From contig NC_079166.1 in the NCBI RefSeq assembly GCF_947568905.1, positions 53,940,001 to 54,004,000 on the forward strand: DNA of 64,000 nt, read 5' to 3'. This document shows, in pieces, positions 29,173 to 40,100 of the stretch. The DNA is from Ostrea edulis. Taxonomy: Eukaryota. The notes beneath the pieces were generated by a model, which saw only the letters and a program-made list of their open reading frames with translations, did not search any database and was not told the DNA's origin. The stretch's first letter is position 1, and each line of letters begins with the position of its first letter. The translations under genes were made by a program, and so were the position numbers.

Positions 29173-32034
29173 CTACTCAGTTTCCTGTAGAAGTTTGAGT
29201 ACGTACTTAATGAAATATTGTATTTTGACACCGTTTTCCTCCAAAATACTTGAACCTAAAACATTATGGCGGGGGTTAAAAAAGGACGGGACGAATCGAT
29301 TAGAGAGCCACTCGTCGCATTTGTTAAAAACACTTTTTACCACATCAGTATCACAGCCTTTGCATTTATTTGCGATATGTTTGGACACAGCGTCTGTTTT
29401 GCATTTATCTGCGATATGTTTAGACGGAGCCTTGAGTACAAGATGCTCTAGTGGATCTCTCATGTATAAAATTTTCTCCAGAACAGTTTGGGTACTTTCT
29501 CGGACTACCCTTTCTTCAATGGTATGAAGGAAAGCCATTTTAAGAATATATGATGGAAACATGTTTCCCACTTCTTCGTACATCTCGAACTCCTCTTCAG
29601 AAGACATACTATCACATCGGCTTCGATAATAATTCTTCTCTTCTTCGTAATTACCGAAGCTAACAAGGGGACAAACAGGCAAACTGATCAACGATTTGGC
29701 AGCGATGTAACTGTTTCGGATATGTGGAAGGCATCTTTTCATTATTGTTGTTTCCACGAGTGACAAGGAGCATCGCCAAAGGTTTTCGTCTCCATGACTC
29801 GTCATTTTGGGAACAGCGAGACATGGCAGACGCAGTTGATCTGGATCAAGAAGTTTAGAACTGATTCGTGATTTGTTTGGCCAAGACGGTAGGCGCACCG
29901 CTGGAACGAAATCGACGTTGATTTCTAAACTTTTATATTTGGAACCTCTCCAAATCAAAATTACTTTTGGATCGTTGCTAATGTCCTTAATCAATAACCG
30001 GTCGTCTTTGGGGAAATTTTCACTGAAAACGATATTGGACACACGCTGCGTAAATGTTTGAAACATCATATAGTTTGGAATCATCTTCGATTCCAGCTCT
30101 GTAAGTTCCGAGTACGGGTAGCTCGTCTGCTTCTTCAGAAAAATTAGAGTGTAGTCTGATACAGAAGACTGGGTTTCTTCAAAATCAACACCTTCCTCCA
30201 GGACTTCATGCTTTTCAGTTTCTTTATCAGGAATAAGATGAAAACTTTCTATTACATCACCCATCTCATGTTGTGGATAGATATTCTCACTGAGTTCATC
30301 GAAACAAACAACGTAATCAAATTCGTCCGGATATAGAGTTTTAGTCCCTTCAGAAGAGCTTCCAGCATAGTATACTGTACATCGCAGTTTTGGATCACTT
30401 TCAGATAGGTATCTCGCAGCATTTATTGCAAATTCATCAATGACACTACGGATTTCGTTGGCCTCGGATTCGTCGTACAAAATTCCTGTTGGTGATTCCG
30501 ATATTAAAGAGCTAAGATACTCATCCAATTCTCCGGGTTCCCTCAAATTCTCATTTGAATCTAATATATCTTGTAATGCTTTCAGCTGTAATAACCTATT
30601 AGAGTACTTTGAGTATGTCTTCATTTTCATATTTTGATGAGATTCTCTGCCATGGTCTTGAAAAACTTCCAGAACGTCAAAGCTTGATCGATATTCCGCG
30701 ACATCGTATGCAGTTTTCCCACAGGAATCTTGACACTCCATGTTGCATCCTTCTTTGAACAGGATATATGCAACAGACGATTTGTTATTCCATGCAGCAA
30801 AATGGAGTGGAGTAGATTGGTATATATCTTCTGCATTAATATCTGCTCCTTTCTGTATAAGTAATTCCAAGACACAATCCCAGCCGTTTTCCGCAGCGAT
30901 ATGTATTGGTTGTTTTTTAACCGAATCCTTCATGTTTACATCAGCCCCTAGATCAACTACCGCTTCTACTAGTTTCTTGTTGTTTTTCATAACAGCAAGA
31001 TGAAGGACTGTTTGTCCCCAAAGATCTTGTTCATTCACGTTAATTCCCATGTTTATCAGGTATTTTAGCACATCTGCAGCATCTTCTCTGTCTACGATGT
31101 AATGTAGAAGACCCTGTTTTCTGCTATCCTTAACGCTGAGCATACATCCTTTCTTCACGAGGCACACTAGAATCTGAATAGGTATATCACGAATGGCAAG
31201 GTGCAAGATGGTCTGACCAATTGCAGTTCTTAAATTTGCTGCCTGTTCGTTAACAATAAGACAATCAATAAATTTCCGGGACACCTCTTCGGCATCATCG
31301 GAACATCCTCTAGATTTTTCCACGAAGTGGTGTACTGGGGTTAGACCTTGTAAGTCTAAATCAGACAACGAAGCTCCACTTTTGATTAATACATTGATAG
31401 TTTCATATTTCTCAAGGAAATAATTCGTGGTAGCTAAATGCAACGGAGATCTATCTTGCGAATCTTTGCAATTTACACTTGCACCCCTTCCAACAAGTGT
31501 TCGAATCAAATTTGAACCGTGTGGTTCTTTCATGAAAGATGAGCAGAGAGTATGTAGGGCTGTCTGGCCTTTAGCATTTGTGTGATGTATATCGACGTCA
31601 GCAGACAAATAAAATTCCACCAAAGTTTCATTTCCTAACATGATCGCTCTCTGCAATGGAGTGTCTCCGAATTCATCGTTAGCATGCAGATCACCGTTGG
31701 ACTGAACCAGCAGCCGAGCCGAGACTAGATCTCTAACTACTAGTAATGGGTTGTATTTTGTATTGACAAGTGCTCCATTTTGCAGTAAGGTTTTGACTAC
31801 TTTTGTGTACCCTTTCTTAGTTGCAATATAAAGAGCTGTCAAGCCGTCGCCATCTTCAGCGTTGACATCACATCCGCCTGATATAAGAATTTTTAGTTGA
31901 GCCTCGTTTCCATCTCTAGCTACTCGATGAAGGTTGGGAGAGTCTAATGTCTCATCATCTTCAAGCACTTGTTTCATAAACTGGCCCAACTTGGCAAACG
32001 GCTTATAGGTCTCATTTGTCCTGTTGTTCTCCAT
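29173..32034 (-). CDS. Ankyrin-repeat cGAS-like receptor (about 13 ANK repeats + Mab-21/cGLR nucleotidyltransferase), 953 aa, single coding exon
   Basis: ANK consensus repeats over the N-terminal half; then YAGSSSEGTKTLYPDEFDYV, INVDFVPAV, LAVPK, WRCSLSLVE, PSYILKMAFL, PSFFNPRHNVL. ATG at 32034 directly follows a tttctctctgcag acceptor. Confidence 0.9.
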   Translation of the reverse strand: MENNRTNETYKPFAKLGQFMKQVLEDDETLDSPNLHRVARDGNEAQLKILISGGCDVNAEDGDGLTALYIATKKGYTKVVKTLLQNGALVNTKYNPLLVVRDLVSARLLVQSNGDLHANDEFGDTPLQRAIMLGNETLVEFYLSADVDIHHTNAKGQTALHTLCSSFMKEPHGSNLIRTLVGRGASVNCKDSQDRSPLHLATTNYFLEKYETINVLIKSGASLSDLDLQGLTPVHHFVEKSRGCSDDAEEVSRKFIDCLIVNEQAANLRTAIGQTILHLAIRDIPIQILVCLVKKGCMLSVKDSRKQGLLHYIVDREDAADVLKYLINMGINVNEQDLWGQTVLHLAVMKNNKKLVEAVVDLGADVNMKDSVKKQPIHIAAENGWDCVLELLIQKGADINAEDIYQSTPLHFAAWNNKSSVAYILFKEGCNMECQDSCGKTAYDVAEYRSSFDVLEVFQDHGRESHQNMKMKTYSKYSNRLLQLKALQDILDSNENLREPGELDEYLSSLISESPTGILYDESEANEIRSVIDEFAINAARYLSESDPKLRCTVYYAGSSSEGTKTLYPDEFDYVVCFDELSENIYPQHEMGDVIESFHLIPDKETEKHEVLEEGVDFEETQSSVSDYTLIFLKKQTSYPYSELTELESKMIPNYMMFQTFTQRVSNIVFSENFPKDDRLLIKDISNDPKVILIWRGSKYKSLEINVDFVPAVRLPSWPNKSRISSKLLDPDQLRLPCLAVPKMTSHGDENLWRCSLSLVETTIMKRCLPHIRNSYIAAKSLISLPVCPLVSFGNYEEEKNYYRSRCDSMSSEEEFEMYEEVGNMFPSYILKMAFLHTIEERVVRESTQTVLEKILYMRDPLEHLVLKAPSKHIADKCKTDAVSKHIANKCKGCDTDVVKSVFNKCDEWLSNRFVPSFFNPRHNVLGSSILEENGVKIQYFIKYVLKLLQETE

Positions 32035-32999
32035 CTGCAGAGAGAAATCGAACAATTGACTATTCGTTCAACTGACGTTTTGTGTGGAATCAATTCATTA
32101 TCAAGACTGAAACAGGTGCTATGTGTTAGTGCTCTGTAAGACGTCACATAATATACCATTTCATTGAACAATCTACTTGCTTACACGTTCTAGCTTGTAC
32201 TATCTTTTGAATTGAGTAATACATGCATGTAGATGTGATCACATAACTCCTACACTTCGACATCACCATACCATCCAGACGTCGTGTCATTTATCCGACC
32301 GATTTACACTAGAACCGAACAGGCCTTGACTGTGCTGTCATGAACGGCATTTGAGATTCTCATTTGGTCGGAAAATGCGTCATATCATACACAGACTAAG
32401 GGCTAGCGAAGAAAGTGTATTAATAGTTCCTGTCTTGAACAGCAGGGATAGTTTGTGAAAATCACTCTAAAATAATTTTAGATGTGCCAAAGAAAACTTA
32501 ATATTCTTCGCTTCAAAACGTTTCTACCTATAAATTACAAATGTGCCAATTCGGATGGAATGAAAACCGATTTCCTTACACACTTTCTAAAATACGCTAA
32601 ACATGAGATGCATTCCACGTAGTCAATTTGAAAGACCTGAAGATGATATCCGGAATAATCGACTTTGGTCTGTTCTAGCGGTATCAAATTAAAACATTTA
32701 GTACTTCATTTGGAATACCCCTGTGTTTCTATTTTGATTCATAAAGACCTCGATAGTCAAGTAGAAATGGAAAGTGTATGAATCATCATGTAAAGTATAA
32801 GAACGTACTATGACGAAGAGGGCGGGGGTGGACAATGCAATGCTCTTTTGAGTTTCACGAAGTCTTGTTATCTTTAATATAGAAAGGTTAGGTAATTGTT
32901 TCCTGTATATAGAATTTATGATTAAAGTCCAAATGTATAAAGCAATATAAAGCTTAGGCTGGTTCATTACCTATCACAAACTGGACACCCTTTGCATTT

Positions 33000-33310
33000 A
33001 TTGTGTGCATGGTTAATCATTTGTCACGTGATGCGGTGATAGAGTATGGCTCGGTATCCGATTCATTGTGTGTGGTTAATCATTTGTCACGTGATGCGGT
33101 GATAGAGTATGACCCGATATCCGATTCATTGTGTGTGGTTAATCATTTGTCACGTGATGCGGTGATAGAGTATGACCCGATATCCGATTTATTGTGTGTG
33201 GTTAATCATTTATCACGTGATGCGGTGATAGAGTATGACCCGAGACCCGATTTATTGTGTGTGGTTAATCATTTGTCACGTGATGCAGTGGTAGAGTATA
33301 CCCGATTTCT
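33000..33310. repeat. 63-bp tandem repeat x5, each unit with CACGTG
   Basis: ggttaatc at 33011, 33074, 33137, 33200, 33263. Confidence 0.95.
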
Positions 33311-33320
33311 ACACACTGGT

Positions 33321-33484
33321 TAACCTGTATCAATCCGCCGATATATCAGAATACCTCTTATAATCTGTATCAATCCGCCGATATATCAAAATACCTCTTA
33401 TAATCTGTATCAATCCGCCGATACATCAGTATACTGCTTATAACCTGTATCAATCCGCCGATATATCAGTATACCGCTTATAAC
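33321..33484. repeat. 40-bp tandem repeat x4
   Basis: taa(c/t)ctgtatcaatccgccgatatatcag at 33321, 33361, 33401, 33441. Confidence 0.95.
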
Positions 33485-33890
33485 ATGACGCGAAGCACCG
33501 TTATGATAAACTATTTATTTTATGCCATTAGTCATTTACTTTCTAAATTATTTTGGAAGTTACACCTATAAATTGTTACATTGAAAACGTTTATTCAAGG
33601 AATGGAAGTTGGAAATTCTAGGTATGTCAAAATTATGTTCTTATCAAGAATTGTTCTAAATGGAGATTTGAGTTACCAAGTTTCATAAATAATGAAACAA
33701 ATGAGGCTGGATTATTACCCAGACTTATTCAATAATGGAAATCAAACTTTATTTGTCTTCGTGATCGGTCTGTCTTTTCGGAAAGCATGTTATTGGAATA
33801 ATACCAATAGATATGGATATATACATATGTATACCATAAAACAAATACTTTTAACTAATCAAATTACAAAATGATTATGGCTTTGATAGA

Positions 33891-34098
33891 AGTGGCGGAT
33901 CCAGCGACTCCCTGACAAATATGATTCGCTTTTTATAGAGGTATGTCCAAAAACACAAAAAAATATACGCCTTATTTTGTCAGAACTCACTGTAGTTTCA
34001 TGGGGCTTCACTCTGGATCTACGGGAGGACTTAAGATTGTCCCTAGACACTCAGCCGTTCACTGTGCTCCCCGTCCAGAAATGCCTGGATCCGCCACT
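33891..34098. mobile_element. Short MITE
   Basis: Perfect 14-bp TIR agtggcggatccag / ctggatccgccact; no TSD found. Confidence 0.6.
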
Positions 34099-34317
34099 GG
34101 ATATAATATTATATTACTCTGCTGGGATTTAAATCTGTATTCAAAGTTTTAAAATCTGAGATTTTGTCTCTGCACTGTGAAGTTTGGTGACAACCTAACG
34201 AGAAAATGAAAGCTGAATTCATGACTCAAAACGGTTCAGTTATACTGCATTTACTTCCTTATTTACAAAAGAGTAGGCCTACATACATACTGGATGACAG
34301 ATTAAGGTCTCTACTAC

Positions 34318-34327
34318 GGAATTTCCC
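34318..34327 (-). promoter_or_regulatory. Candidate NF-kB site GGGAAATTCC
   Basis: Exact kB consensus match in the divergent intergenic region; motif evidence only. Confidence 0.3.
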
Positions 34328-35168
34328 ACGGTACATGTAGTAATTTATTAAACGGCAATATTATTTTGAGATTCCAGTGTTGGGTTTCTCGGTTAATTCC
34401 ATGTTATCATAATACTAGTACTTTGAGTGTTCAGTTCCTACAAGTGAAGGCCGGTAACTCTCAGAAGTACTGTAAACTTAATATCAATCATGATAAATTA
34501 TTCAAATGGCGGCGTTCTATACTAATACGATAATATCCCTACCTGGCACATGTATATCAACCGAGTTATAGCTAAGTCTTGAAATCTCCCAGCGTTTAAA
34601 TAGCAGATGAAATTTTAGTTCTATAGTCTTTACGCTGTTTGATTTTGACAAGCCGATTTCGACCAGCTTTAAACAATTTCGATCGACCGTTTGTATTGTT
34701 CTGGGATGAATCGACCGTGTGTATTGCTCTGGGATGAATGGGGAATTTCGAAATGTAGTTCAGTTTGTGTTCTCGACATTTGATGAGAATGAACATTCGC
34801 TACACTTAGGTAAGTTTTAATTATGTATTCCTCTTCATCACCATTTTTACCAAACCGTTTATTTTCATTTCGTATTTGACAAATTATTGTAAGATCCTTT
34901 GAACTGAATACACTCGATATACCAATGTATATCGTATTCACTGCATGTCTGAAGATTATAACCACTTACAGTATCATAGGCACAGTGGGAACATATGTCT
35001 TTACAAATTCAGGCACCTATCAATATACCATTTGTACAAAAAAATAGAAATTCATTTCATAGGTATATACTTTTTTTAAGTCAATCTATTTATCAGCTAC
35101 GAGGTTACTTCATAAAGACATGCAGTTTATTTCATGCAAATAGTTCATGTTAATAGATTTTACATATA

Positions 35169-36660
35169 CTAGTGGAAAAAAGAAACTGTGCATTATCTAA
35201 TATATGAAAAAATAATTTTAAAAATAACAATGAACAAATTTTATTTTTTGTAATTCTGTTAACAAATGTATTCCTTACAACATTTCATAATCCACTAATG
35301 TTAACGTCGAATAACGTCAATTTTAGCACACTCGAAAGACACTGGTATTCGAACTTAAATTAACAAAGTTAATAACGCGTGTGACCACCAATTGCATTTA
35401 CGCATGCTTGACAACGGCGCCTCATTGATGCCACTTAAGTGTTCAGAAATGCTTGAGGGATGTTGTTCCATATGTTGGTTAAAGCCTGGCCTAAATCAGC
35501 CAATGTCACCGGCTGATTTGGTAAACGGCGTAGAAGTCGTTCCATTTCATCCCAGACGTGCTCGATCGGCGATAAATCGGGGAAAACAGCTGGCCAAGGC
35601 AAGACATCAACATTCTGTTGAACAAAAAAGTCCCTGACTACACGTACAACATGTGGCCTTGCGTTGTCTTGCTGCAGAGTGATGTGATTTTGCTGTCTCT
35701 GTATGAAGGGTATCACATGGCGCTGAATAATTTCGTCTCGATAGCGTACGCTGGTGAGATTTCCATTGACAATTTGTAGAGGGGTCCTTCCACGTGCTGT
35801 TATCCCATCCCACACCATAACGCTACCTCCACCGAATTGTCGACGTTGCACAAGCGTCCTGGTACCGCTCCCCAACGCGACGATACACTCTACAACGGCC
35901 GCCACTGCTATCCAAATGAAATCTGGATTCATCAGTGAACAGAATATTGGCCCAGTCCTGTATTTTGAATCGAAGATGTCGTCTGCACCACGCTAGTCTA
36001 GCGATACGATGACGTTGAAGCAGTATTGGGTGCACCGATGGACGTTTTGGTCTGATGTTGTGCTCGCGCAGACGATCACGTACAGTTCTTGGACTGATTG
36101 GTCGAAGTCCAGGAATGCTACGAGCAGTCAGATTTGCTGTCTGGAAACGATTTCTCAGGTGCACAAGTCTAATGTGGTTGTCTTGTTGACGCGGCGTTAT
36201 ACGTGGACGCCCAGAATGTGATCGATCCCGAGTGTTACCCGATTATTGGAAACGTCTTCATAATGACTGGATGGTCTTCCGATGAACTCCAAAGTGTCTT
36301 GCTACGATATTTTGTGCCATTCCAGCTTGAAACATCCCAACATCACGATTACGTTGGTTTTCGCTGAGTAGTGGCATGACAGAAGGGTAAATTGTGTCAA
36401 AACTAAAGTGCTTTCCTTAACTAATAGTGTCTAAACAAACCTTTTACACTTCTTACTCCAAATAGTATTGGCCAGTATAACTCGTGCGTATGAACACTTC
36501 AATAAACAACATGAATAAGCCCGTGCATCTGAGTCGGGTAGTACCTGATATTGTTAAAAAAAAACATCACCTTTATCGATTGTTTAGATTTTATAAACAT
36601 GAACAATAAATATAGAAAAATTATACTAAATTTTATGATGCTGTATCTTTTTTCCTCTAG
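35169..36660 (-). mobile_element. Tc1-family (DD34E) transposon with a decayed transposase (ATG 36377 to TAA 35369)
   Basis: FTDESRF, QQDNARPH, PDLSPIE with 34-residue D-E spacing; SGRPR linker; internal stops and frameshifts; imperfect TIRs ctagtggaaaaaagaaac / gtatctttttcctctag, both flanked by TA. Confidence 0.92.
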
Positions 36661-37105
36661 TATATATACCTGTAGCTAGGAAACCACATGATTTCCCGCT
36701 ATTTTACTGAGGTAGCGTAAAGTAGTTTGAAACCGTTTGATCCAACTTTTCCTTTATAAATTTCTCCGAGAAGCATAAGCGTTGAATCCAGTTAATTTCT
36801 ATAAACTGGTATTTGGATATTGAGCAATGAATATGCAAAACTGTGGCTTACCAATGAAGAAAACTAATTGTGTACGACGATGTAGTCAGAATTATAAGAT
36901 GGTGTCATGTAGTCATCAGCGAGTGATATTCTAATAGGAGTAGGGACAAAAATCTTTGCTCACTGTAAATTTATTCATTTTGCAGTAAACGTGTTCGCCG
37001 TCCTTCATTAATTTTGAACCACAATATATCTTTATTTTCAGAGTGGTTTGTCTTTTCCATGCGTAACATTTTGGACGAGTGGACAATATAAAAACAGTAT
37101 ACATT

Positions 37106-40100
37106 ATGGAGGACTCTGATAGTGACAATGATTGGAATTGGATGGAATCACTGGATCCTATACAACAACATTGGGCCGAAGAGAACAAAACATTTGTTCC
37201 TACAAAAGCATCGGCATTTATTTCTGAAAAACTGCTAACACATGACAGAATTATTATAACAGGGTCAGCGGGATCAGGCAAATCTGCCATAGCGCAACAC
37301 ATCGCTCTCAAATATGCCATGGAGAATAAACGGATTTCCTACATCAATGCCTTGGACGAGATTGAAGAAAGAATTCCGAATATGGCAGGAACCGATATAG
37401 ACATATTTGTTATTGATGACCCCATAGGGAAATATCGTTTCGATCCATTGGCCTTTAGATGGTGGCGACGTCAGCGGAAACAGCTGAAATACTTCTTAAG
37501 ACGTGGACGAAAAAGAGAGAAGGTTGCTGAAGATATCAGAGTCCTTCTGACTTGCAGATCGGATCTTATAGATGACGATTCGTCATTATTCTTTAAAGAT
37601 TATACAATGATCAATATTGATGAAGATTCATTAGCCCTGACAAATGACGAGAAAGAGAACATTTTGAAGTCTCATATCAGTGTATCAGACTTGGGTGAGA
37701 ACGATATCAAACTTATTTCAGAATCAACTAAAGCATTTCCAACAATATGCCAGACTGTTGGATGCAATGAAAATTTTCAGGCTAACATAAACACATTTTT
37801 TCAAAATCCCTCCGAATTGATCAGAAAAGAAGTCCTACATTTGAAAGAAAATGCTAAAGAAAAATATCTGGCGCTGTTTTTGATTGTGATATTCAATAAC
37901 TCGTTTGTGCAAGATGATTTTTTGTTAGATTGCCAAGAGAATGTTGTTAATGATGATGAAAATGATGATGATGACAATGGAAGATTGGCTGACATTAACA
38001 AAGGAATACTTACTGATATGATGACAAAATTTGGGTTTTCGGAGACAACCTCTGCTCGGTCTATTCTAAGTAGTATGGAGACTTTGAACGGACCATTTCT
38101 AAAGAATATAGACGGTACTTTTCAGTTCCAAAATAGTTTGTTGTTTCAAACATGTGTTCACCTATTCTGTACAGAGGTTTACGATATATTCTTAGAATAT
38201 TGTGACAGTTCATTTTTTCGGAAATATGTCAAGACCGATCTTCAAAACAAAGGAAATTTGTTTGTGGATATATATCTAGAGGACAACTTCATTGGCGGAT
38301 TTGTAAAGAGAATAGCAAGTGACATTTATGATGGAACATTTTTGGATGTATTCTTGTGCCCTTGGACAAATGATGAAAGAGTGATAATGGCAATGGAGAA
38401 AATTTTGATTACCAAAACCACAAAGGATATTATGGAGTTGACTGTGAATCAAGCACTGTCAAAAGAGGATTCAGGACTGAAACCTTATAGCAAAAAGGAA
38501 CGAATTGTGCTGAGGGGATTTTCAAAACTTGATTTCATAATATATGGAGACAAAATATCGCCGATAGTTCTGTCATTGATTTTCAATCATAACAGAATAT
38601 TTTCTGCTATGTTTGATAAACTGAAACTCGATCAAATCTCTAGTAGCTGTCTAAAAAAGGAACCACTTTTAAGTGCTGCTTGTGCTAATGGTAACAAACA
38701 TTTAGTGGGGAAAATATTGGAATTTTATGGAAAAGCCTTGCCAAATGTTATGTGGAATGACAACGAAAAGATTCACGCCTTTCATATAGCTGCTAATTTC
38801 CACCACGTTGATGTTATGGAAATGTTTCTAGCCAAGAAGCAAGACGTAAATATCACAACAACTCTGAACGAATCTCCATTGTTTCTAGCCCTCTCTGTTG
38901 AAATGTGGTATGTAAAAACCTCGAAGCAAACCGACGAGGAAAGAAAGCAGGACGGGTTGTTGGAAACTCTCAGTCTTCTTATTAAGAATGGGGCAAATGT
39001 TAACACTCACTCAGAAAACAGAGAACATCCTTTGACTTTGGCTTGTAGCAAAGTGAATATCAAAGCCACGCAATTGTTACTTGAACATGGAGCAGACGTT
39101 AACAAAGTAGGTATCTCTAAAATTGGCGGATTACACTTTGCTGCGATGCATGGACATGCTGACCTCGTTAATTTATTGTTAGAAAAAGGAGCAGATATCA
39201 ACTTACGTACGTCAAAAAACCAAACTGCCTTATATTTCGCAGCAAGGAAAGGTCATCCTGCTATTGTCGAGATTCTTCTTTCCAGAGGAGCAGATAAAGA
39301 ACTGAAAACTCATACATGGAATTCACCATTCTTTGTGGCTTGTAGATATGGTCACGAAAAAGTAGTAAACCTTCTTTTGAAATTTTTCTCAGAAGACGTA
39401 AAGAAATCAGATAGAGATGAATGTCCTCCTTTACACGCAGCGATTGAATCTGGTAAGGTTGAAATCGTAAATTTGCTTCTCGAAAATGGCGCTAAGGCAA
39501 ACGCCAGAGAGGAAAGGTCTATGAAAAGTCCGCTCTATTTGGCAGCTGGTTTAGGAAAATTGAGCATTGTCAAATTGTTGTTACAGAAAGGAGTGTCTAT
39601 AGACATTCAAACAAAGGATGGGTGTACACCACTTATCAAGACATGTAAAAATGGATTTTGTTTAGTTGCACAATGTTTGCTTGCAAACGGAGCAAACGTG
39701 GATATTTGTGATAAACGCAAATGGACTCCACTGTTGTATGCTTCAAAATATGGTCATTTGGACATTGTTAAACTCTTGCTAGAAAGTAAAGCAGATATGA
39801 GTTTGAGTACCGGAAATGGAGAAGATCCGTTGTACATCGCGTCTTCTTGGGGGCATGAAGAAATAGTGAAAGAACTTCTAAAGCGGAAAGCAAATGGCAA
39901 TACCTTGAGCACGGGTCTAAGAACACCACTCTCTGTGGCTGTGAAGAAAGGTCATAAAAAGGTGTTGGAAGTCCTTCTTCTCAATGGTGCTAACGTGAAT
40001 CAACGAGTAGACCACAATGATACTTCCCTTATCATTGCAGCAAGAGAAAACTTGCTTGACATTGTAAACATACTGCTGAAAAACGGTGCTGATATTACAT

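Noticed and set aside
33003-33323. 106-aa ORF with 21-aa repeats
   Set aside because: By-product of a stop-free 63-bp tandem repeat; starts at GTG with no other coding evidence.
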